Source of the DNA: Bugula neritina
Taxonomy: Eukaryota > Animalia > Bryozoa
NCBI GenBank assembly: GCA_964035545.1
Contig: OZ037767.1
Coordinates: 15,318,998 to 15,382,997 of the forward strand
Direction of reading: 5' to 3'
DNA: 64,000 nucleotides
This document shows, one piece after another, positions 11,901 to 25,506 of the stretch. A program made the position numbers and the translations under genes. Within the stretch, counting starts at the first letter, position 1. Every line of letters begins with the position of its first letter. The notes beneath the pieces were generated by a model. That model was not told where the DNA came from. It saw only the letters and a list, made by a program, of their open reading frames with translations, and did no database searches.

Positions 11901-14900
11901 CTGTTTCAAGATCTTATGGGTCCAGTTACATATTTCTGCAGAGTTATCAAAAAGTGGTTTGATCACTTGTTTCACTTATTAACAATGTTGTTATTTTAGA
12001 GCCACTTCTTGTGTGATATGGATTCTATAGCCACTCTCCTCTCAGTAACTTGCTCGATCTCTTGGCGATCTCACTTGTGGGACAACCTACACTAAGCATT
12101 TAATGCATTGTCATATTCAAGAAGTGTCTGAAGTGAAATCTAAGCCACTGGTAAGGTTGTATATATGTGTTTGATAGATGCAAGATAATTTTGTAGTTGC
12201 AGCAGCAGTTGTTCTGGCTTCAGTGTTAAGGAAGAATGTTTCATCATAGTTTAGCTTTAGCTTGTAATTAGCAGGAAAGTTAAATGCTTCACATATATTT
12301 TTCAGAAATGTTGTTTCTGCAAATGGTCATGTTCAACAACTTTTCATGTTTACAAGCGCCATTTGAAACACCATTTTCGACAATCCACACTTGCATTGTC
12401 TGGAGATGCTGATATCCCAGAAGTGTCTAGTTTTCCAAGTGCAGGTGAGTAATCTTCAGTCCTCCAATTGTTATTAATTCTTTGAATAAATTAGTGATAA
12501 TCCAAAAGTATAAGACAGGTCTGATTTTACCTGATACTATGAGCTATATGTAATGAAAAGGCACTTATCTTAACGTTGTTATAGTTGACTGCTTTATTTA
12601 AATATTATAGAGGCTGCTTTTTAGATGGTTCAGAGAAAACAGATATGTCCGCTACCTGATGATTAGTTTTAAAATAAATATAACAGCAGTAGCAGATCAA
12701 ATGCCTCAGATATTTTAGCCTACAACAAAACTGATTGATTGATTTATATAATAATATCTTTAAATTTTCTGCACAAACTTATATATGTATTTACATACAT
12801 ATTTACACTAGATGTTCATCATGTATTTCATTTTTCACGATATTGCAATGGTATAAGCCATAAGGCAAGGGCGATCAACTTTTTTTGAGCGAGGGTCACA
12901 GAAAAAGAATATTTAACGGTGAGGGAGGGCTACATTTTAGACTTTAGTTTAAGCTAGGGGTCATATAGTGCATGACATGCAGCACCAACATGTTGCTTTA
13001 TTCCACATTCTAATGAATCATTATACGGTTAAGTCCAAATAGTTACTGCAGGATGTATGTTTTGTATAGCATGTGTATAAATAAGACATTTAAAAAGTAG
13101 ATTTTGCTTTAATTTATTTATACACATAAAATAATTTTAGTTTTATGTCTTTAGGGGCCAAATAAATGTAGGCTGGGAGCCCTGGGGAAATGCAGCTGTT
13201 AGACAGTATAGTAAAATAAACATTTTCACTCTACAAGACCCATACCAGTTGAATTCTGCTAACTAACTGAAGATGATGTGATCCAACAACCACTGAATGT
13301 ACTTTATAGCTAGATAGAACACAAACTGTTGTATGCTGGGAAGGCATTTATACTATTCAGCTGCCCAGTCAACCAACTTCACAATGCCTTTCATATGTAA
13401 CACATTTTGTCACACTATATATGCCCACTGTAGTTTTAATTATATACATTTTCTTTTAGACTGATCCTACAATAATCTTCAACTTCTTCACGTTAAGGAA
13501 GTGAAAACAAAATTGGGAAAAACTATAAAACCATACATGTACAATTGATTTCAAATTTTCCATTTCCCTCAGGCTTCCTCCAAAGGCTACAAAGCAAGCT
13601 GATTGAACATTGCAATTAACAGTCTCATGATTTAATACATCTATATTGCTATTTTAGATAATCTGTTGGAAGACTCTGCTGTGCCTATTCCCGTAGATAA
13701 CCCGTTTCAAGAGCCGTTTAGTGGTTAGTATTTAGGCTGAGAAATAGACGCATAGTGGCAAAGTTATTTTGTTTTAAATGATATTTAGTAATTGAAACAA
13801 AAAATTTTGCAAAAGACTTTTTGACATATATATGTGTTCTAGATGATTTATTATTATAGGAGATTTAAGAAGCTCCTCTGCTTGATTACAAGACTTCTTG
13901 TGCATCAGCAATCAAATAATTTTCTTCCTAATTATTTCTTAGTTATGTAACGTTATGTACGTTTCACCTTCCAGGTGTGACATTCTACATTTTAAGTTCT
14001 ACATTTCGTATTCTAAATACCGTATCATATTAGAGGTAATGTTTTATACATTTTAGTAAAGTGATCGTAATATCACAGCTTTGCACTTGAAGTATAAATT
14101 TTATAAGAATATAACATGTTATAAAATTAGTTGGGTGATGAAGTTTGAAAATGTACAATATAGCATGAAGTTTTTAATTATTCTAGTATTGATGAGCCAT
14201 GAGTTTATTTTACAAGTTGTTTTTATTATGAGCTGATACATTTTTTATAAGCTGTAAAAGTGTTAGGATTGTTAGAATAACAAAAAAATAGTTTTTCTCT
14301 GTAAATTATTAAAACGAGATCTTGAAATTATTAATTTAAAGTTTTTTAGGAGTTTATTCAAACTTAATATATAGTTTTAGAAAATAGGTTTAATAGTTAT
14401 CATCATGTTTAACTTGGAAACCAAAAAAACTTTTATTTAATAATACATTTCAAAATGTTAAGATATTATTCTTTACTAAAATGCCTATACTGTATAAGGT
14501 AATAACATTTTGCAAATTGTCATTAGCAGATGACAAATGAAATACCAATACGTTCTTATTTACAGTATAATGGTTTCATCCCAGCTTGATATAGACGCAA
14601 TTTTTTATTTTGGTACCATATAGTTATATAGTAATATATTATAGCTATAATATATATACCTATATAACTGTTGTATTGATTGCTAAATAGCTAAAATACT
14701 AATAGCCATATTACAATAGGTAACATGAATTATCTGAAATAATGTTCTAATTTTCACAGATTTGTGTGGGACAGAAAATAGTATAATAGACATTAATAAT
14801 AGACATTACCTTTAATTAATGACTATACTCATTAACTAAATATCTGTTCAAACAAGGAGCAAAATGTATTCAAAATTGATGTTAATGCAAATCAAAGAAA

Positions 14901-15079
14901 TTAATAATGTGCTAAATATGTGCTTCATTTAAATATACATATATATTTCAATAATATTAAAATAAATTGCACATAAAATATATATTATACCAAAATAAAT
15001 AATTAGCGTCTAACTGAGAAGCGTCTATCTAGGATAACACCAAAACAAACTGTTTTTATTACTACCAGCTGTCTAGAAG

Positions 15080-15236
15080 ATGCATCAATATCTGATGTGT
15101 ATAGCACCGGTTCCTATAGTTTATGGTTCAGTGTACATGGGTTGTTACAAGGACACCTCAACTAGAGCTCTACCATTGAGGTATGATTCTAATGACATGA
15201 CAGTCGACCTTTGTATTGGCTACTGCATTTACAGAG
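15080..15236 (+). pseudogene. Paralogue B: orphan exon 1 (signal peptide + WSC N-terminal half); exons 2-3 deleted
   Basis: MHQYLMCIAPVPIVYGSVYMGCYKDTSTRALPLRYDSNDMTVDLCIGYCIYR is nearly identical to D exon 1. At about 16278 the intron joins directly to the 3' flank normally found about 35 bp after the stop codon. Confidence 0.85.
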
Positions 15237-15497
15237 GTTAGTATTCCATTCACTTACTAAGTTGATTTTTTACAATATAGTGAAATTACAACCTATGAAG
15301 CAGAGCTAATAAATTAGCCATCAATTTAGGAGTAACTCACAATATCTTGAAACTTCAAAGGAATTGCAATTATCCTGACATAAGATTGCTACATACTTAT
15401 ACGTAAAGTAATTGCTGTGCTTGCTTTAAAGTTTAGACATTTTACCTGAGCTACAGGTATTTAAATAGGGCCATGCAGTTGGTATCTATAGCATAGT

Positions 15498-15665
15498 AAG
15501 TCGCAGTGGTCTAGGGGTCAGAGTGTTTGCCTACAAGTAAGCACAAAGTAATGAGTTTGAGCCCCATTGTAAGGCAGTCGTGATGTTGGGAAGAGCATCC
15601 AGTCATAATTGCTCCTGTGCCTCATATGAATAAGTCTTAAGCCAGCTTTAACAAAAACCCCTTCT
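15498..15665 (+). mobile_element. tRNA-derived SINE in intron 1 (also at about 33638-33803)
   Basis: A-box-like gtggtctagggg and B-box-like gagtttgagcc, followed by a ggaagagcatccagtcataattgctcc body. Does not fold into a complete tRNA. Confidence 0.55.
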
Positions 15666-16278
15666 ATCAGAGATCTTCTCATAGGTATGGTGACTATAAA
15701 CTTGTGTGAGTTGGTATATATTAGCATGTGTGCACATAATAATATATCCAAAAAAACTTGCATGTCGCAATATATATTGAATATCTATATAACTTTGAAA
15801 TCTATAGCTAACTAGTTGTTTGATTGGCTATAAATATCATATTACAGTAAATTATTTAAAGTGAATTGATTATATCAAATTAATATGTTAGCAAGCATAA
15901 AGTCAACTAATATTATTAATCGCCTTAGTTGTAAACTGATTCAACAAATGTAAATAAATCAATAGAGAAAGTTTATGCATAAAAGCAATTAGCTGCTCGT
16001 AATACTTTTTCAGTAAATCTAAACATTATACATGTTCAGAAACTGCTTTTTTAAGTTTACTTAATTAATAGCAAGTATAAACATTTTGTTATTTATATAA
16101 ATGCTATGATCTTAAGTTTATCAGAGGATAATTCAATTATGCAATTATTTGACTAGTCCTAAAAAAAAATTATGAATATTAAAATTAATTGAAGAATACT
16201 CAAATAATAGTTTATTATTCAAAGTTTTATTCATATTAACTAGAAGGCACAGCTCTCTATCACTATATAGCCATGATA

Positions 16279-17039
16279 CTATACCCCAATTTTAATTTAG
16301 TAAATTATCACACAAATAATAACTTATTGAATGAGTTTTCTGACAAAGAATAATAACTTATTGATTGGGTTTTCTGTCAAAGAACATAATATCTTTCTGA
16401 TGCTGGTAACATTTACAATTATATTTATGTTTAAAGTATAATATCTATGTTTAGTATAATATTTTAGTTATGTTGACATTTATGCTATAGCTGTTGGGAA
16501 TTTAATAAACAATAATCTCGGTTCTACAATGAATTTTATCCCAATATATAAGTAAATATACCATTTTAATCAAAAAAGGGAGAACAATAATCAATTAAGG
16601 TAATTGAAAGGGCACAACAGAAACCTATATTATATGAAATGGTCAAAAGAGGACAACTCTAGATAATCATAATATCCCAGTGATAATTTCACTTATTGAC
16701 TGCAAATGCATATTATTTGTCTGATCAAACAATAAAAAAAGTCAATGACTATACGTTTTTAATATAAACAACAGCCATGTCTGTGTTTTACTAAATCAGC
16801 CAATCAAATATTTGCTGAAGTAGCATTCAATTCTCTTAACTAACTAATTATATTATCTCGTCAGTTTAAAACTCTAAAGAAGCATCCAATATTTTGAAAG
16901 ACTAGATAATGAGTGCTTCTACTAACATGTGACAGCATAAACTCTCATTGGTATCGCTGACTGTATTATTATACTGAGTGAAAAACATTGAGGCACTAAA
17001 ATAGTGAACTTTTTTACACTCAGCTTTATTTGATATCTG
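16279..17039. repeat. Duplicate of the 3' flank of paralogue D (about 36252-36995)
   Basis: Collinear from cccaattttaatttagtaaattatcacac to cagctttatttgatatctg, where the EnSpm terminus begins. Confidence 0.9.
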
Positions 17040-20000
17040 CACAGAGAGAAATATTAGTGCAGTGCTTGCACTAAAGTTGTTCAAAGAGCCTTTTATTGCC
17101 GGTATAGCCTGCACCACACCTCTAATAGTTGTTAGACCTGCACTTATTTTGATGAAATTGAAAATTAATCCGATTAGTGTAAGCTGAAAAACATTTTGTA
17201 GTAGCTCTGAAACCACTTAGTTGTTAAGTCAACGCTACTTTTCACAAGTATTACGTAATTATCATCCCTAGGTTCTAATGAAGCTAAACAGTAATTGATA
17301 GGAGCAGAAAATGAGATCAATGCTATAACTACATATGTTCAAGCAAAATTTTATTTACATAAGAATTATGGAACAATCAGCAGTTGTTCACCTAACAACA
17401 TTATTCGTTCACATTTGCACTGATGATGATCACAAACCTTTATAGGAAGCTATAGGATAGAGTTGAACCCTACATTTGGGTCATTTCGATTGGTGCTTCC
17501 CAGTTAGATGCTATTTATACATTTTACGTGCAATTTATTTGAATACTATTGAAATATATGTGCATTTAAATAAATTTGAGTCAATTGCTTTTTGTAATTG
17601 GCACACAAATAAATTTCTTTGCTCTGCATAAACCTATTAATTTTGCATTTTCTACATTTTTTGTTTTTTGAAAAAATGTTATTATTAATGCATTTAATGC
17701 TTTTTTTCAACACAAATTTGGAAAAATTTAAATATTGTTGCGAATATATCATATCAATGGTTATTTTATGTTTAGCAATGATATGAAAGTTATATAAGGG
17801 TATATAGGTATATAATACTTAGCACCAAAACAAAAAATACAACTTAACTGGGGAGCATATAAGTGGAATGCAACTCCATCAACCTACTGTTCATGATTTG
17901 GAAATTTCTATGAACCTAAGATATTTTCAAATAGCTTGTTACCAGACTACTATTAAACATTGCCCCATTCCGTTTATCAAAGACTAAGGCTGAAGTTGAA
18001 TTTATTAACAAAAAAGTTCATCTGCACATATTATCTCTTGCATGGGTAGTTTAGGCTTCACTAGTCAATTTCATTCATGGAAAGGAAAGCCAACTAATTT
18101 AAAATGTGTGTAAAAGAGAGATCAGGGAGATGCACCATTAAACTCCAATGTACTCAGTTATTAGCAAATGTGTTTCAAACAAGAAGCTTAAAATTAATAA
18201 CAAAACAAGCTACTGAATAGTCAAGTGTAGATCAGGTGAACCACTTCAAAAGCCTAAGTAACTTGGGTAAATTACCTGGTGAAACAAAAGAAAACATTGC
18301 ATAACAAAGCTATAGTAAGGAAATATTTAAATTGTAATTCAAAGGCTAGAAACTGGCTTACCAAGCAGTAACAAAGCAAAGCAAAGGTTATTACATAACA
18401 GCACATAGTTTTCATTAACGGCTATTGACAGAAGAAACATTCTACAGGCATAGTGAACACCAGAAGCTCAGACTAAGAGGTTGTGCTTTGAGATTCAGTA
18501 ACTTTGTGCTTCCAAACAACCTCACAACATGGAAGACATTAAATCAGTTAATCACCAGGGTAAAGATTGCAGCTACTTCTCAGAGATAGAAGATGATCAT
18601 TTTCTTTCAGAGTTAGGAACTAAAGTTGTTATTGCAATTTGCAGCAAAGGGTAAGCTCAATCATTTGCTTAACATTGTCGTTTGCTATCACAATGACAGT
18701 ATGCATGAGTATGACTATTGCTATAGACAGATAATTGAATTTGTGCAACTATAAGTTTCCAGAGATCACATTGACTGATATTTCTCAAACTATTCTAATC
18801 CTATATCAATTTGATACGCCTGTTCCTGTAATCATTTAAAAAGTTTAGCGTTTTATTTCAACGTCATCTTCTAACAATTTGTGCCAAATAATGCAGTTTA
18901 GAAGCCTACAAGTAGTTATAGGCCTTAAGCAGCTGCCAAGCTAACTTCTTGTTTTATACTTTATAGCTAAGTACCAAAATGCCAAATTTAGTGGTGAGTT
19001 GGCAAAGTTGATAAATACAAGAACATTTTATTAACTTCCGTACCACCAGTTTATTTCCTTATTTATTTTTGCACAGCACAATTAAATGCTGAAATAGAAA
19101 AAGATGTTTAAATAGCAATATTTTTCTTGGTAGTACTGTATTTGTTTTTCAGTTTATAGACATACTGAAACTTATTTCGATATAAGAGGCCCATATAAAA
19201 TAACAAATAATCATCTTGAGTTTTTTACGGGAACACAATTACTTTTTATAGTCCCAACTGTTTCAAAACATTCATTCATCATAATGCAGTTTCCATTTAG
19301 CTAATGAGTTTTAAGCTTGCCATAATTTAAATTTGTCAGATTTAATAGCTTAGAAAAGCGATGCTTTATTTGGTTATAACTGTTAAGTGAAGCTGTTGAG
19401 TTAACTGTTACAACTGGACTGGTAAAGTAGCATTGCTAATCAACTTCATGCTAGGGGTGTGTAAATAGTATCCACAAAATACTGTGATTGCTCTTTTAGT
19501 TTTTGGCATTCCTTGAACCCAATGTGCATTTGTTATCTCTGAATAAGCAATGAGCAGAGCGCCGGACAAGTATTTTGCAAAAGACTTTCTGGCATATATA
19601 TGTTTTCTAGATGATTTATTATTGTAGGATATTTAAGAAGCTCCTCTGCTTGATTACAAGACTTCTTGTGCATCAGCAATCAAATAATTTCCTTCCTAAT
19701 TATTTCTTAGTTATATAACATTCACACTGCTATATATACTTGTTTACCAGCACTTATTATTAATTCACAGCTTAGATTTGATTTTAAATGGTGAAAGTAC
19801 CAATTATGTGTATATACCATAGCGTGTCATTTTAAAGCATAGTTCTTCTGAAAATAATAAAAGTTGCTTTACTTGCAAGCTGGTGCAGGCAATGATGTGA
19901 GTCAGATGCCGCCAACTGTTCTGCCAACTTGTACCTCAGTAGAACAAAGATCCTGTCAATCAGAGGCAGCCATTCAGTAAGTTGCTCATTTGAATATATA

Positions 20001-20124
20001 TAGATAAAACTTTTATTCAGGCTTTCTCTTCAAAGTTATTTATTTTTACACTTCATGAACTTAACCATATTCAGGCATACAAACAAATTACTGCATTCAT
20101 TATATAGGGCATTCATTGTATATA

Positions 20125-20134
20125 CGATATATAT

Positions 20135-20174
<40 letters not shown>

Positions 20175-20178
20175 TATT
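20125..20178. repeat. (TA)n microsatellite
   Basis: Direct reading. Confidence 0.95.
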
Positions 20179-20181
20179 CAG

Positions 20182-23100
20182 CTGTCTCTTGAACTGTTTG
20201 TAAAATATTTGTATGGGCTGTTTTAGGTTCCTTCTCAAGTTGTATGAGAAAGGGGACACCGCACGCACTCAAACACAACAAATAGTTGAATCATCTGAAG
20301 CTTTGTTACAGATGACAACAGCTTCTATTCGTAGAGATGTCGATGATTTAGTTAGGAAAATTGGCACGAACCACATTGAAAAGGTCACTACTTTGAATAA
20401 GACACTCTATAGCACTACACTGACATTCGAAGGTTTAGAGACAGATTTTAAAAGGATTGTTGAGATTAAAAAGCGAGACTTGACCATGCCACAGAGGTAC
20501 CTGGTAGGTAATAAAGAAAATTCTACAAAAGATGGCACTAAAATTTAAACTCCATGCCACGCCCAGTATGTGCCCTTTACTCAAACCCTTTCTAAGCTAA
20601 AAGTTACATCACCAATTCCTACGTTGATGGTGATATAATAGGTTTTGCTGATGGTAGTCTCTATAAAAATTCTAACTTTCTTCAACAACATCCAGATGCC
20701 CTTCAACTGGCTCTATACAATGAGGACATAGAGCTGGCAAACCCTTTAGGTTCGAAAGCTGGTATTCATAAGCTTTCCATGTTTTATGTCTCTGATCTCA
20801 AAGGACTTGGTTATTCAAAAATTATAAAACCTCTCTTTACAGACTTACAGAAGCTAGAGCAAGGTGTTCAAGTAAGCTCTGGTGATTCAGGTACAAGGAC
20901 TATTTAAGTGATGCTCGTCCAGCTTATAGGTGACAATCTGGCGGCTAACTAATTACTAGGCCAGCTTTTCCGCTCAGCACTATTGCAGATTCTGCTATAT
21001 GGCTTTCGATTAAACAAAACATGCCGTGGAAAGCTCAAAAGACCTGCTGAAAAGTCAGGAACAATTCACTGTGCTGATGTGGCTGCAGTGGAGCAGGACG
21101 TTGATAATTATAAACACACTGGAGTTAAGCGATCTTTAATCCTTGACCAGCTGCAGAATTTCTCATCAATAGAAAGTACAGTACCTGACTGCTTGATTTC
21201 CTAGAATGAGTTTGTAAAACTGAACTGTCACTTATTCTAACTGCTCTGGCTGAGGAGAAGCTGCTTTCTCTTGAAATCCTAAATTCACGAATTAAATTAT
21301 ACAATTATGGGTGAGATATCTCAGGTGTATAAATAGAAGAGAGAATATCTTTTATATAAGATGAGAATGGGATATAGATCATATGGGTTTCAGTGCTCAA
21401 TTGTTGGAGTTATAAAAAAAACCTCTTAGCTGGATGGAAATTGCTCAAAATAGCAAGTTGATATTGTATGCACTTTTACTAATGTTGAGCTTTATATAAT
21501 AGGAAGCAGTTATAGAGTATATTGGCTGGCTATGTAATGTTAAGTGCATCATGGGTGTTGTAAGTTGGGTGTTGAAGGTGATGTTAGAAATTGAAAGTAG
21601 AAGTATAGTTGAAGTTTAGACTCGCTGCTGGGATAGGCTATAATTATAGATGAGTTTTGGGTTTAGGTTTTGTAGTGAGAAATATATTTGTACGAAAAAG
21701 TGGGGATGGTTTGAGTAGAATGTTACAGTTGTATGTAGTTTTGGTTGCTTTCTTATCAGAATAACTTGTTAGCACCATGCAAATGATTTTATTGTAAATT
21801 GTTTCTTTTAAAGTTGAAACTATAAACATTTTCTGAATTATTTTGTACTTTTTGTGCAAATCATCTGACCTTTCTAACAAGCCTATGACAACACTATCTC
21901 GGGACAAAATCAAGCAGACAGCAGCAGCAACTTGGTGTTTAATAAGACTGTTGCCATTTTTTGTTGGACACCTAGTTCCTGAAGAAAACAAGTATTGGCA
22001 TTTATATCTCTTACTCCGAGATGTCATGGATTTGATTCTTGCACAAACTCTGACAATAGAGAGTACATATGCCATGGAAGCCACCATTGCACTCCATCAT
22101 TCAGTTTTTCTTGAGGTGAGGCTTCAGTTGTGCACATGAATGCATACTAAGGATTGATTAACAATTTTGCACCACTTCCATATATATAAAGATGTGTAGA
22201 ATATAAGTACTGAACTTTTTGTTGTTGTTTAAAACTGAAAATTTATTGATTATTGGTTTGCAGACTATTCCAGAAAGAAATCTTTCTCCAAAACACCATT
22301 TTATGACACACTACGGAGAAGCGGTCAGAAAGCATGGCCCATTGATCACATATTGGTGTATGCGCTATGAGGGAAAGCACAGGATGGCTAAATCAATTGC
22401 TGCTACATCATGTGTGCAATAAAAAATATTTATTTGTTAAGCACAATATAAATAGTGTGTGGCTTGTTAGTCATAAACTGGTAATGTTGTCGCATTCTCT
22501 TGTGTTCTATGAAAAGAATACTTTTTGACTTTTACTTAGTTTTGCAGAAGTCGTGTGTGAAGCTCATGTTAAAATGTTTTTGGGTTCTTTTTGTGCAACT
22601 TAGTTTATTTTATAGTCTATACACAAATAGTTCTTGCCATAAAAAAAGCAGGGCTACATGACCACACTCCCACTTATAAAAAAGTTTAAATTGTTGTTCT
22701 TTTAAAGTAAAAGAAAGCTGATGCAACTCATAATCAAGAGAGGATAACTCTAGGATATAACACTGATGGTGATCATATAGATTGAAAAAAGCTTTTGTGC
22801 AAGATGAAATATATTTTTTATTGACACATTGAAAAAACTTGGGCATATTGTGTGCTTCCCCCCACCTGATACAATAAAGTTTATTGTCAAGTTCAATGGG
22901 TGGTGATATGCTTATGTGCTGAAAATGAAGTGACTTACTATATTGCATGACCTGGTTTGATTTTATGCTCCCAGCAGCATGTGTTTCTAACACAGTTAAA
23001 TAAATCGATCAAGTTAATGTCTTTGAGCAGTCGTCTAATAGTTTGGGCTTGTTATAGACAATGGAATTATAACACACTATACTACCTATAATATAAAGGG

Positions 23101-23659
23101 ATAAAGCCTATCTAGTATCTAGTGAGGATTGCAAATGCACTCTCTTTTTTTCACCATGCAAGTGCAGTTTTTTCAGAACTTGCATTATCTTGCATTTTTC
23201 GAACTATTGGGTCGTTTCATCAGTGTGCATGATGTTAGGAGGATTTGCTAAATATTTACTAATATTGAGTTATTGATTTACTTTATTTGCAGGCAATTAC
23301 CGAAATGTTGCCAAGACTGTAGCCGAGCGCTATCAACTCCAGGCATTTGCAAAGGCTCATCTTTCTGATTATTCTAATGATAGTCGCCCTCCACGTAAAA
23401 GGGGGATGTCATCTTTATTGAAAACTCTAGAGGAGAGCCTTTATTTGGGTTATTGAAAAACTTCACCGAGCCTAGCATGTGTTTGGTTCAAATGCTGGAC
23501 ACTATATATAACAGTCACTATCATGCCTATGAAATAATTGAACATTTAGATGAAACAAGGTTAATATGCATCACTGATGTTTCGATGCATGAACCATTGC
23601 AAATTCAAAAATCTTATGGGGGCAAACATTTTGTTTGTCCCAAATGTGTACTTTGCTAG
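20182..23659 (+). pseudogene. Animal EnSpm-type transposase, multi-exon, with stops and frameshifts
   Basis: Motifs FADGSLY, LALYNEDIELANPLGSKAGIHKL, LIGDNLAAN, KIKQTAAATWCLIRLLPFFVG, SPKHHFMTHY..HGPLITYWCMRYEGKH and GNYRNVAKTVAERYQ occur in the expected order. Confidence 0.85.
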
Positions 23660-24376
23660 GTGTTATATTCTCTACAATTTAGGCTTGGATATTAACTGCA
23701 TCAACTTCATCAGAAAGCAAAATAATAAACAAAGCCACTTTTATGTTGTGTTAATTTGCAGTTATTATATGTTTATGCTGTAGAGACTACACTCAGTTGA
23801 GGGCTAAAAACTAACTTATATTTGTAAATCTTCATCTTATATATATACAGAATATGACATCATACAGTTGCCAAACACTATCTGATTCATGCAGTAATAA
23901 TAAACAACTCTATTGCATGCAGTAAACATTCAAAACATTACAACCACTTTTATTCTATTTTATGCAGGTATATATGTATACTTATGCATATTTTGTAATT
24001 CATTAATTTATGGGATTTAATGCATAAAATAAAATGAAAGTAACTTAATATTATAATATGCTTAGATGAAGTTAATGTAAGCTTACTGTAAAATTAAATT
24101 AGTCAACCGAAGTTGTCTCATTTGTGTGAGGGGAAAACTTCTACTGTGATGGTTGGAGCCTCTCTCAACTCTGCTTTATCTCATACAGGCAATAATAGCT
24201 AATAATGTATTATTTACTTTCTTCAATTAGCCATATAGTTATATTATTATTTTTATAGAGTGGCCATGGTGTCAAGTATAGTCTATATAGTAATCATTGA
24301 CTGCTGTGTGTTTAAAATCTTGCTCAAAACTGTATGTAAAGCTGTTTATTATAAGTAAATATTTTTGTAATAATTG

Positions 24377-24389
24377 TATATATATATAT

Positions 24390-24468
<79 letters not shown>
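24377..24468. repeat. (TA)n microsatellite
   Basis: Direct reading. Confidence 0.95.
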
Positions 24469-24470
<2 letters not shown>

Positions 24471-24738
24471 AGTGGTTGTCAAAAAAATTAGTAAACTCCT
24501 ATACTCATGTCAAGAAAAAAACTCTAAATGATACTTTATATTACAAGCATGGCATATCTACAATTACCCACATTATACTTTACCATTTTAACTGACTGCT
24601 AATTTTTTTTGACAGGCCGCAGAAAAGCAACTCAGTTGTGTTTTGGGTTGCAAGTTTAAAGTAAAATTTTGTGTTGTATGCTATTAGAAAAATTTCCCAT
24701 CATGATTCTCTTAGTCAATAATTTATGAAGGGCTTTAA

Positions 24739-25506
24739 AGGATTGCTCTATCTTAGTTTATTACAATCACATTATAATTATGAACTATAATCTAATGTGT
24801 ATGCAAACAATTGTGACTTTGCAAAGGGATATATGCCTAGAAAACAGCTTTTCAAAATTCCAATTTTGAGGGAGGTAAAATTTTCAGCCATGAAAAAGAA
24901 TAGCCTAATACGTGACAAATGAACGCCAGTAACTATGCTGCACGTGCTAACAATAACGCTAGTATTCAAGGTTGCTGAGCGCAACATCAACCAATAACGC
25001 TCAAGCAGTTACAGTGCGCTATATAGGTCAGCTTTGGTGCGCCAGTAATATTGCACAATCTGACCTAGTTTAGATCGATCGCAGGCATTCATCCTAAAGA
25101 ATGCATGTTTTTGCAATGCTTTTTTCTATGTTTACAAGCAAAATATGGCCTAATGTTATCACATACATGTTATTTAACATGTCAAAAAACTATAGATTGA
25201 GATAATTCACATTTGCACTTCTATAAATATACAAATTACGAGCTGAAAGATCACATCTCACAGTCATATTTCTATAGTTATTCATTTGTATAGTCACGTG
25301 ACCAGCAGGAATGCTGGCGCTGTTACGTCACATTTCCCAGCTCATTTCAAAATTGGCGTTTTGGCTGTTACCAATCTACACCCTCAACTTCAACTAACTT
25401 TTTCTGCCTTTGGTCAAATGCTTTTTGTCAATGCATGCTTAGAAAAACACAATATTATGTGTGTTTGACCTAAATTGCCATTTATTAGACAAGATAGAGC
25501 AATCCT
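24739..25506. mobile_element. Kolobok-type non-autonomous element (768 bp) nested in the EnSpm element
   Basis: Perfect 16-bp TIR AGGATTGCTCTATCTT / AAGATAGAGCAATCCT with TTAA on both sides (24735-24738 and 25507-25510). AGG termini with TTAA fit Kolobok better than piggyBac (CC termini). Confidence 0.8.

Larger units (their letters stand above)
4611..13955 (+). mobile_element. Truncated EnSpm/CMC DNA transposon copy (left end only) with nested insertions
   Basis: Begins CACGGAGAGAAATATTAGTGCA, the same terminus as at 17040. Segments 4611-5058, 8579-10640 and 13805-13950 match 17040-19720. It ends at a junction to sequence upstream of exon 1. Confidence 0.7.
13961..16278. repeat. Segmental duplicate of 32103-34421 (upstream region, exon 1 and most of intron 1 of paralogue D)
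   Basis: Collinear high identity from gtttcaccttccaggtgtgacattc to tatagccatgata. Confidence 0.92.

Noticed and set aside
10640-12540. Decayed LINE on the minus strand; about 11655-11820 resembles 7941-8130
   Set aside because: Only faint RT-like and C-terminal-like traces; too degraded to call without a profile search.
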